From Tubulanus polymorphus (taxonomy: Eukaryota > Animalia > Nemertea): a DNA stretch of 64,000 bases. The notes beneath the pieces were generated by a model. The model saw nothing but the letters and a program-made list of their open reading frames with translations, was not told the DNA's origin and did not search any database. The DNA lies in NCBI RefSeq assembly GCF_964204645.1, contig NC_134030.1:16988110-17052109 (forward strand). The letters are read 5' to 3'. Positions 30,601 through 42,600 of this stretch are shown piece by piece. The first letter of the stretch is position 1; every line of letters starts with the position of its first letter. Made by a program: the position numbers and the translations under genes.

Positions 30601-33600
30601 CTCGTCGAGGTCAGGCTATTGCGACAGAATGGGTTCTCCACCAAGAAGTAGCCGATCGGGTTCGGGGCATTTTTGGCAATCCGCTGCTGGATCTGTTTGC
30701 CACCCGGTTCAATCGGAGGTGTCCTCTGTTTGTGTCCCCGTTTCCAGACGCGGAAGCGTGGGGGTCGATGCCTTCTCTCTGGACTGGTCGGGGATGCATG
30801 CGTATGCGTTCCCGCCCACACCAGTCCTGCCGCGCTTACTGGATCAAATAGAGAGATCAGTCAATTGCAACATAGTTCTGGTAGCACCATGTTGGCCGGC
30901 TCAGAAATGGTTCCTACCACTTCTCAACCTACTGTGCGACAACCCCAGGATTCTTCCGAATTTCCCATCGCTTCTGTCTCAGGGGAACTTTCGGCATCAT
31001 CCAAACAGCCAGTGGTTAAATCTGCTCGCCTGGCCATTGTCCAGCGATCTTTGTCAGCTTCAGGCTTTTCAGAACAGGCTGCCTCCTTTATCGCAGGATC
31101 TAAGCGGCCATCAACAAGTACCATTTACGATGCCAAATGGAGTCATTTTGCGGATTGGTGTGCTGCAGGGGAAATTGATCCATGCTCACCCTCTGTAGCT
31201 CAATTGGCAGATTTTTTACTGCACCTATTTGTAGTAAAAGGTTTGCAGGTCATAACTATTAAAGGTTACCGCTCCGCGATTTCTCATACATTGCGTGCTT
31301 CTGGATGGCCAAATGTAGCAGGGGATCATCGGATATCCCAGCTGGTTGCAGGGTTTTCTATTTCCCGGCCTCGGGTAACAAGGACAGTTCCACCATGGGA
31401 TCTGTCTGTAATTTTGAAGAAGTTAATGGAGGCTCCATTTGAACCTCTTTCGGCAGCGTCATTTGCAAATTTGTCAAAAAAGACTGTATTTTTGCTGTTC
31501 TTGGCTTGCTCGGCCCGTCGCTCTGAGATTCATGCGCTTTCAGTCCGACAAGGTCATATTGTCTCTGGGCCAGCGATTGAATTTGTTTCGCTGCGGCCTG
31601 CTTTGGAATTTTTGGCAAAGAACCAACGACCAGGCTCGGTTGGGCGTCAATGGCGAATTGAAGCCCTAAAATATCGAGTGGAACCGGGCATCCCGGACAG
31701 GACTTTATGTCCTGTGCGGGCGTTGTGTTTCTATTTAGATCGCTCTGCTTCACGGAGGGGTTCACGGGAGCGGTTATTTATTCCGCTGCTGGATCACCTA
31801 AAGGGGGATATTTCGCGGGACACAGTGGTGCTCCGTTGGAGTAAGTCTGTCGGGCCGCCTTTTGGAATTCACCGTCGACATTCACGTCATTTTATTTACG
31901 GGATGTTTCAGGCCAGTTAGGCTCATTAGCTTCACTTGGTCCTGTTGTCATGGCTCAAGGTGTCCGTTCTTTCCGATCGGACCCTTTAGTGTAGAATATT
32001 TATGTTGCATTATCAGGATCACGGGGTGTATCCTTGTACATAGTTTGGGCTCATATCTGCAAGTATTAATTTCGCAAAATTCTGGGGGGGCCCCTGAGCT
32101 GGACGGACTCACTGTGGCCAACCGGTCTTCCCTGTGCTACAGTGCTCCATTCCGTGCTTGGGTAAGTGCTCTCTTTTTCCCTCTTACCTTGCGTTTGAGC
32201 GGTGGTTTTTCTATCTACCTTTCCCACCATCCTTGTGCTAGGCTAGTCTAGCAAAAACCATAGGAAAGGGTACAGTACTCGACGGAAATATTACAATTTT
32301 TGGAACTAAAATTTGTATTTCCGAGTAGTACTTACCCTTTCCTATGGTGGGAATCCCGCCCACCTGCCCCGCATAGCTGTTTTTTTTGGTCTGCTATGAC
32401 GTAAAAAGATGGCGGATTTCGCCGGTGGCTAAATGCAATACCGCAGGGCCGGGTCGTATAGAAAAACCATTGGCGATATAATTCCAAATTTAGAAAATAT
32501 TGGCCAAAAACCATAGGAAAGGGTAAGTACTACTCGGAAATACAAATTTTAGTTCCAAAAATTGTAATTTTTATCCGAAATGCTCTAAAATCGCTCTCAG
32601 GGCAATGAAAATTCAAAATTTTTCTGGGGAAGTGCCCGCAGAAACACAGTCATCATACGGATTATTAATCAATTCGTTGAGCGGAGTATCATCTTCCACG
32701 TCAAATTCATCACCTGCTCAGATCATAACATCCTCTGTACCGTCCAGAGCTTTCGAGATACAGCACTTTTGGAACGATTTCTTAACCATTTCAACTGATG
32801 ATTGGTCTTAAATTTTTAACTATTTCTACTTATTCGCTATGAATTAAATAACTGAGTGGAAAATAACTGTGCACTGATTGGTAAATTACTGAGAATTTAC
32901 TAATTTTTGACAGATTTACGAAGTTAGTCATGGCCTTTGTTTTAATAGTGCCGGATCAGTGACGGCCAACTATAGCCTGAGAAATCAACATGGAATTACT
33001 GGAGATGCGCGCTTGACTTTTGAACCTAATTTGACCCAAATTCTCGTGATAAAAGTTTTTCGTTGGTTATTTAATCTGATAACAAAAAGGTACCTTAAAT
33101 TTTTAACTATTTCTACTTATTCGCTATGAATTAAATAACTGAGTGGAAATTCTGTGCACTGATTGGTAAATTATTGAGAAATTACTAATTTTTGACAGAT
33201 TTACGAAGTTAGTCATGGCCTTTGTTTTAATAGTGCCGGATCAGTGACGGGAAACTTTAGCCTGTGAAATCAACATGGAATTACTCGAGATGCGCGCTTG
33301 ACTATTGAACCTAATTTGGCCCGAATTATCATGATCAAAGTTTTTCGTTGGTTCTTTAATCTGATAACAAAAAGGTACCAAAAATATACAGTCATGCACA
33401 CAATAAACAAACTATAATGCATAAAACGGTTTATAAACGGTAAAATGTATCTTATAAATCTTGCGGTAAGATTAATGATGTTTCAATATATTGAATTTGA
33501 ATTGATGTCATTGTGTGATCAGCCTCAGGACTTCAGAATCACCAGCTGTTGCTATCACCATTTCCTAAAAAGAGACTCGGAAAAATTCAATACCGATTTT

Positions 33601-36600
33601 TGGAGTGCTGAGCAAGGGACTCGGCTTATTGGTCGGTAATATGCAAAATACGGTAACTTCTTTCAAGGGGTCCACTTGACATCTGCTGCCCAAGATGAAA
33701 GCATTAATTTCAGATGTTAGAAAATTAACTTTTGTATTTGTTTTGTTTTGGCAGCGCTCTAACAGAAGATGACAACAATCACATGCTGAAAAGAAGTAGA
33801 ACTCAATCAGAGGACAAGGAACAGGTAATAGTTGATACAGGCATTGTTTCTACAGTACTGGGAACTCGGGAAACACTTTGGCAATTTCCAAATGATATTT
33901 CCTGGTTTGGAAATGTTTTGGAATTTGATAGATTTTCCTCTCAACTGGTAAATTTTTGGGAAATTCATTAGGAGCTTCGTCACATAGCTTAATTCAGACA
34001 TTTCAGTTGCTTGCGCAGGTGTTGCATCCTCACTTGGCAGGAATTTGAATGGGTTGGTTTGACTCAGCCACGGCATGGAACCTTTCACACTAGATGGTGC
34101 ACATGTTTGTGTGGATGTACAAAAACTTGCAGCACCAATCAGATAGCCCGTTGTATAATCGCTGAGGCAAATGTTATGGAAATAATAATGACATTATCTA
34201 ATGCAGCTGTCAATCTGCGGTCTGTACCCACCCCTTCAGACAATTGACAGGCTATTGCTATCCTTATAAAAACTTATCGTCAAGACTTAGCAAGATAACA
34301 GAGTTGCCGCTTCTCCGGATTTCTCCGGAATTCCGGATTTAAAAAAAATCCAATTTCATTTCCGGATTTTCGGGAGAAGTCAAATAACCAAAAAAGAAAA
34401 CATCGCGAAAAAAATAAAATCAATTCGGGATTCGACCCTAAACATCAAAACGTAACGGCTCCATAGATGGTTCGAAAAAGCCGTATTGTGCTGCCACGGA
34501 GTGGCAACAACTCCGCAGTACACGATTAAACCAAGATGAAGCGATGATCGAAATCGACTGACGCTTCGTTTGTTTTTGGCTCTGGTTTATATATGAGGTC
34601 TATTTGACGGAACCAATCGCTATTTGAAAAAATGATCTATACACATTGTTGTTATTGACATATCTTGGAAAAGGTGAGTGAGTGTATAACCTTTGAGAAA
34701 ATGCTTACTGAAAGTTTGAAGCGACAGATTTTCATTGGATTATAATTTACAGACGTGAAAATTGATACACACTTCCGGTAATGAAAGTGAGGCCTATAAC
34801 GTGTATTGCGCCAGAACGCATCTCCTGGCGTTCTAATTTCAAAAATTTTTCTGGGGGAGTGCCCTCAGACCCCCGACTTATTTTCCGGATTTTTAGCTTC
34901 ACATAAGTGGCAACTCTGCAGATAAAGCAACAAGGTTCACCAGGATATCACCAATACGGTATGCTGAGGATTTCAGGCACAAGCCATAGACAGCCCATCA
35001 CTAACATCAATATTCAGGAGAGACATCGCCACCGTTCAGACTATTACAAAGTTCGAAACACAACCCTCGGATTGTTTAATTCAAACAAATTGGAAAATTA
35101 TTGTGAAAATTCATAAGAGATGGATGGAGATGGACAAGTTTACATTTTGTTGTGGTACTTGCAGAAGGGACAATAGGAAACATAAGTTGTCAATTTGGCC
35201 AATAACGATTTAATCATTTGGCCTCATATTGTATTCTGACCATCTCAATGAAGTTATTTCAAACATAGAAGCACTCTTCAGCTTTCTCACTTAGACTGTG
35301 GTTTATTTTGTTCGCAGTGATGAGACGATGAAAGATACATAACGTTGCTTGTATTTATAGGATGAAGGGCAGGTGGTAAAATACCTAATTAGATACAATT
35401 GCAAACTTCACACTCATTTGCGTAAACTATATATTTAAGAAATCCATAGTACCTTAGTTATCACGTGTATGTACGGTTCGAATCCTGTTCATAATTAAAT
35501 TCAAAAATATCATTGACACTTTGTTAAATCACACAGACAGATCGTCATTTCAATGGCAACATATCGACAGACATTCGCCATTCTGCCCTAGATCATAACG
35601 CTAGACATTCGACATCCAAACGACCCATCCTTACGCATGTTATCGACAGGCTTTTGCCATTCTTACAAAAACTGATCGTCAAGGCATCGATAAGGTCGAC
35701 GTCTATCGTCTGAGGGGGTGGATACAGACAGCAGATTGATAGCTACATAAGCTGCGCACTCTGGCTATTGTGGCAGGATATTGTACCTTGGCGATGCCAT
35801 CAGGATTGAATCCCTGCCGGGGGAGGATTGTGAATTGTAGCATCCAGGAGAGCCACATTGGAAAATTTCGTCGGGACGATAGAGCCTTCATTTCTCAAGA
35901 AATTTTTTTCAAACTCGATTCACAGGTAGGAAATGGTCCGTGGTACATTAAAATTCAGGTCGATAGGGCCTTTATTTCTCTAGCAATTTATCTAAAACTC
36001 GTTACAGGTTTGACATGGTATCTACCTAGCTACGATACCCCAGTGTTTTTAATTGATGTAGGCAGTGTTACCAAATTGCTTCCTGATGTATTGGTCTAGT
36101 ATAGACATAGCTTATAAGCGGGGGGGTATCAGAGGTGTGCTGACTCATCTTGATATTTGATAATTGTTACCTCTGTGATAGGATTCATCTCCTGTAGAAT
36201 TGACGTTCCCCAGATTTTTTCTAGCCACCAGAGGAGTTGAGTATTAAATAATATACGATACCTCTCATTTAATTGGTACCTTGGTACCTTGGTAAATTTT
36301 GTAACCTCAATCAATGGCAAAGTTGTAGCTTGTGACATGTTCTATGATTATGAGTTTTGAGATCATTGTTTTCAAGCATTTCAAACCACTACCCCAGTGG
36401 GCTTGGTGGTGTTTCTGGAACCCTAGTTCTAAACCTTTGAATGTTTTCTGTGATTTCAGGCTCAAGCTGAAGAATCTCAACCAGAGGATGCTGTCGAGTT
36501 AGACAATCTACCTGACTCTCAACATGAAGACAAAGCGGTAATTACTGACTCTCAATTCCCTTAATGACACAATAGACCAAATCATAGAATTATAAGCGAA

Positions 36601-39600
36601 TGGGAATACTGACTCTGTGACGTCTATACATTTGCCTCTGCGATCTTTAAAATTGATCAGCTGCCTCACTGTGAGCAATGAACAATAGATTCTTAAGAAT
36701 ATTTTCTCTGCAAGCATTGAGGACCATATTTGCCAAGTTGGTAAAGTTTTAAAAGTTGTAAACCTATCATGAAAAACACCAATTGAAAAAAGACTGTCAA
36801 CCAGTCTAGAAAATCTATTGTTTGTCATTGACGGTGAGGGGGCTGAACAAAATGTAAGGTGACTAGCCATGCTGGTTGCCTTAATGATGAATTTGTGATA
36901 TTATCACCTTTCCTACCCTTTTGATCATTTGAAGTCCCTTCAAGAAAAGATGGTTGCCTTCATAAATCATCCTCTGACATTATCAAATTGGCATCGTCAT
37001 TCCCCTTATGACATCATCGCATTAATTCCAAATTCTGCAGTGTATGAAAGATTTTGAATTTTCTATTTTTGCAACATTCTAGACTGAAAATAGTCCAGTT
37101 TTACTAAATGGAATTTTCTGCTGTGTTGTGCCTACAAACAGGATAGCTTCGAATTATATGTTATAATTTGGTTTTTTAAATACGACAACAATCTTCAAAC
37201 TCACTCAAATTTCAAACTGAATTTCCCTGTGCTGTTGTTATACAGGATGAAGATGACAGGGTGAGTGCAGAGGAGGAGGGTGATTACACCGTAGAAGATG
37301 AAGATGAGAGTGATGATGTAGTAGAAGAGGAAGGAGGAGTTGATGTTGAAATTGATGCTGATGATGACATGGATGAAGAATTTGAAGAAGTGGAATGTGA
37401 AGAATATGAGGTTAGTTATGTTTGGTTTGAATTCAATGCGCATTTGGATCAACGATAGCTTGACTGAGAGTTTAGTTTCAACTCCACCCAAACAAAGTTT
37501 GTTCACATCGCAAGCAGCCAATCAAGGACTGTGTAATTCCCATGCACTAGAGAAGGATCAGCAGAAATGGAACTACGAGATATCTCATATTGGCAATGGC
37601 TGAATCAGAACATCGAGATAACCCACTGCAGTATATGTCTTAAAACAGTCGGGGGTTGAGAATTGTGAATTTTGTGTGAACGTAATGAAGAATGAAGAAT
37701 TTTTTTTTTGAAATTTTGAGAAATTTAATTAATTTTATGCAACTTGCTCAAATTGTTCGAGATTATTGATTATTATTTGTGATCCGTTTTTAGGGGTCTC
37801 TAGGAGACGACATTGAAGGAGAATTCGCAGGTGGCGAGGGGGAAGGGCCAGAAGATGAAGATGTCGATGACGATGAAATGGAAGAAGATAACGAAGATGA
37901 AAGCGATGATTCTGATGTGGTAGTCATCTCTGATGATGAGAGTGTCAGCACTGTGCCGACAATCAGTTCAACGCAACAATTGGCTACATCACAATCTGGT
38001 CAGTATTCGGTTGTTACCATAACAATGATATTGAAATATACGCTGCACTTTACATTATAGAAAAAAGATAGATGCTTCTTCAAAAAAGGTTACTCTCATT
38101 TGAATTAAGAATTAATATGTCTAAAAAAATGAGTTTTGAAAGTTTTGACAGATTTACACTCTGAAAGAAATAGGAAGAGAATTCCGTAGAGTCGGTACAG
38201 GGCATACAAAAGCTCTGAGGTCAATGATTCGTTTAGGAGCATGTACGACCATGCCAGACCAGAACGAAGTGTCCTAGAAAATTAATAGGGTAACAGCTTA
38301 GAATCAACGTTAACATTTATTTTCCATTTCATTGATGTTTAGAACGGAAATTTAGCGGTGTTTTGGAAAGAAATTGAACGCGAACCGTTCATTCTTGCAT
38401 CGACATTCAAATGCGTTCTAATCGCGTGTACGATACGTGTCAATAGGTGCGATAAATGAGAACACGATGCGTTCGACACGCAAACATGCGCAATTTACAT
38501 TAAGTTAATTCTTAGCTGTTCCGTGCTAAGAAAGTTAGTCCTGAAGATCCTGGTTGTCCATACCATAGTAACATCGTCGAAAACCAGTTGATAATTATAA
38601 AAGCGAGAAACAGGAAAACCCCTGATTTACCGCCACAGCCAACGTAATCTTGTACAATCCTATATAAATGCATTACAATATTTCCCGATTTACTGCCAAG
38701 AATAACTCCATCCTTAATTATATTACAATAAGCCTTAAAACTACACAGTAAATGTATCCGATGAACACAGTGTTGCAAGTTTTCTATGTAATGCACAGTA
38801 TATATAATAAGATAAAACCCACAATCTACAGATTAAAAGAATTTAGAAACAAGAATTTATTTATTATCACACCTGAGGATGATCTCTAGGGTGAGATCGA
38901 AACGTCGTGTCTTATATATATTTTAGATTCAATGAATAAATTCTTGTTTTTAAATTCTTTTAATCTGTAGATAGTGGGTTTTTATCTTATTATCCGTTCA
39001 CCACGTTTGAGTGTGGTTATCGTTCTACAGTCTATATAATAGTCAGCCCTCCGGTAAGGTAGGCCTAATTAAAATTATTTTATTGAAATGGTACCGATGG
39101 AGTAAGTAAAATGATTTTTGGCGATATATGTATCAAGGCTGCGTGCATTATGGATGTGTATTTATTAATTGATCACCAATGTATATCATAGTATGTATCA
39201 TAAATGGCCTACGATGTTTTCCAGATGCGCCCCGATATATGTTATGCAAAAAGTTTTTGAAGATTTCTTTCTAGATTTGATTTAGTTAAAGTATAATTAC
39301 ATAGCCATAATTCATCAAAACAATATACATCGTTCTAAGCAGATATTAGTAGGTATATTAGTAGGTATTTGATTGACTTGACCTTAACCCCAATTAACCG
39401 CCACACTCCGTTTACCCCCAAAATCGGAAATCCCCGTGCATGACATTAAATCGAGGTATAACTGTATTAATAAAAAATTATGATTAAGAGAAAATTATGA
39501 TGAAAAAGAAATATGATTACCAGTTACGGGAAATTATTGTTAGCACAAACTTATTATTAAAGGAAGTTCAATTGTTAGAAAGTAATTGATAGAAAGTAGA

Positions 39601-42600
39601 AATATTTGATTAATTTAGCTCTAAATCATAATTGACAGTTATAATGGTAAAGTAATTCAAGTTGAAATTAACAATAATCATAATTAGCCCGCTTGGGACT
39701 TTAGTCTAGTCTTCAGGGCTGCGATTTTTAAAGTGGTGATACGCCCTATCCCGGTGATAAATCGCTATCCCGGTGTTAGATACTTATATCACTGGGATAA
39801 AATCAGCTCTCCCAGTGATAAAGTTAACATACCTCCAACATGGTGATAGCAACACTATCACCTGGTTAAATCATCAAAATGTCACGAAAATATATTCATT
39901 GTGACTTGTAAATGTCGTTTTGTAGAGTGACACAGGCCCTTGGAATAAAATATACCTTTTTTTCATTGTAATGGTTGCATGGTGTCTGATCACTGCAATG
40001 ATATATCTTATTTAGTTACATAATTGAAGAAAGGGTACTTGATACTAGCGAAAACTCCATGAACCATATGGTTTTTTAAAGCCCTTGGAATAAAGACTGG
40101 TGCACACGTGTCAGGGGACACTGTTCTAGGCGATTAAACAAAATCATTTGTACCGTATTTTCCGGCAATTAAGCTGACTCGGCCAATAAGCCGAAGGCAG
40201 TTTTTTAGCCTAAAATACATGGATTTCTGAATGCATCACCCAATAAGCCAAGGCCCTTCATCAGGAGATTTAAATTCACTGATTTGTCAATAAGTTCGTC
40301 TTAATTGACGATGTATGAGGCTGACAATAGGTGCCTGCCGATGTGTGAGAGTGCTGTGTAAACCATCATCGCCGAGGCGCTGCTATATATAAATTCGCTC
40401 AGGTGACATCTAACACACAGAGCCATATATTGTAACCTACATTTGCAAACACACGGCCGACTGCTGGCGCCCGAATTTACTAGCGCTGCAGTATTAGATA
40501 AGCCGCTGTGAAGTGGAAGAAACAAAGTAACAAAATAGTTCTAAATAGAATATTGGTAGTAAATTATGACCTCAAATAAATATGTAATACTGATTTTGAT
40601 GATCTTCAGGAGCATAAGAGTGACATAGTTCGGGAAGTAATTATTTAAGTCAGATCGTATCCCTCCAATAAGCCGATCATGATATTTAAGGGTAAAAATC
40701 TGAGGCTAGAAAATCGGCTTATTAGCCGGAAAATACGGTAAATCGCCTAGTGTCTCAGTGTCAAGCTATTTTGAGGGACAGTTCTATTTCAAGAGAGAAA
40801 AGGGGTACATTCCCTATTGAATAAGGGACAGGTCTTGAATATTAAGTACCTGAGTACCTGAATAGATCATTTGAGAATGAATTGCTTTTCGTTTTCCAAA
40901 AATACAAACATGAAAATTGACCCAAATTTCTTTACACTGACAAGGGCACAAATTTAGGGGGTTAAGCACGGCACGAGCCTGGGTCGACACTTGAAGATCA
41001 GCTTCGGCAATTCAGTCGGCTGACCAGTGTGTCCTAGGATTCTGCGGGATTCGAACTTTATGCTGACCAGCGCGCATTTGTCATCATAAATTTGCTCCTG
41101 TGGCTAAGGGGATTTCAACAATTTTATTTTTTGATTATTGCTATTTGCATTTGAATCTATTATGCCAAGAAATCCTATAAGTTAGTTCTTGAAGTGAGAA
41201 ATTAGATCGAAATGTCAGCCATTTTCTATTGTCATCACCGCGATAAATGCTCTTATCCTGGTGATGGTTATCACTGGCATGGAATGCTTTTTAAAAAACG
41301 GGAATTTATCCCTGTGATAACAATCACCGGGATAGCTCTATCACAGGGATGACTTAACACCGCTTTGAAAAACGCAGGCAAGGGCTATTGCGTTCACTTT
41401 TCGTTTGTTGTCCTGTCTGCCCATAGAATTATTTTGGGAAGTTTAGAAGACACTTCAATGGATTGTTTTGATATTTGGTTTGTACATGTATTTACCTCAA
41501 ACACATCTTCAGCTCAAAAACTGGCCCAGTTATATTCGAGATGGCTATTGTGACATGGTTTATGATTGTGGTGTGTGTCAAGGTTACTTTTTTATATGGT
41601 TACCAGGGGGCGTTGAATGGCAGAATAACTTAGTATTTTCATATTTTATTGTCCTTAGCCATATTTTGTAATCACGATCAATTGTAGAATCGTAGCTAGT
41701 GACGTATTCTATGATTGCGGTGAGTTCTTTCTTTTGCGGTGAGGTCATTCTTTCTTAATATGTTCGCCAGGGGCATTGAATAATTAAGTTTTCTGTTAAT
41801 TGAGCATTTCAAACTACTTGCCAAATGGGCATGGTGTCCCTCGACCCCTAGTTTCTACTTGATTTTTGTTTTATTCAGTTGATTCATCAATGCAGCAGAC
41901 GCCCACATTACAGACTCTACCGATGGTAGGAGGCGTTCCACGAACTCAAACCACAACTCGTGCTCAACTTACACCATTCACATTCCCGGTAAGGGGGTCA
42001 CCACTGACAACGAAAGAAACTCTCTTGATTATTTTACTTTTTCATAATTTTTTTTTTGTTTTCGACAAATCAGAATCAAGGAACCGGATTTGAAGATGGG
42101 GATGACTGCACTGTGCCAAGCACACCTACTCTGAGTTTACCACGTAGGAATGATGGGTTTGCTGAGGCTGTCAGGTAAAATATTAATATACATTAATAAT
42201 ATGATAAATATTAACGTTCAATGGTCAAACCACTCCTTAGTGGTCCAACTAGTTGACCACTTGTCTGCTCTACCCAGTGCTGGTCATGGTTGACCCATTA
42301 GCACTCAGGAATTTCAGTATGTAGTCTCAATTACTCCTCAGAAAATTCAAGGGAAAAGCCAAAATCACGACACCGAATAACTCCTTTGCTGTTTATTTCC
42401 ATGCACTACGAGTTCGTGTAATCTTGTAGTAAATAGTCGAGGCTTTCATACGATATAAGATTTGATGAGGTAGGCCACCAAAATCGTGTCCTTTTGGTAC
42501 CCCAAAATTCATCCAAACTTACTTGGATTTGAAGTGAGCGCTCAGATCTGTCATGTTCATACTCCAAATCATCGAAAAATTTTAATGGGAGGATTTTGAT

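Larger units (their letters stand above)
26614..32570 (+). mobile_element. DIRS1-like retrotransposon (gag, RT-RNaseH-MT, YR), near full length but inactivated
   Basis: Left ITR 26614-26750 is inverted relative to 32403-32530; ICR 32252-32348 is complementary to both termini; coding domains listed below. Confidence 0.95.
25728..33653. mobile_element. Tc2/pogo-like element acting as host for the DIRS insertion
   Basis: TA-CCGTATTTTCCG at 25728 and CAAAATACGG-TA ending at 33653, with the same TCGGCTTATT subterminal motifs as 3149-3760. Confidence 0.65.
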
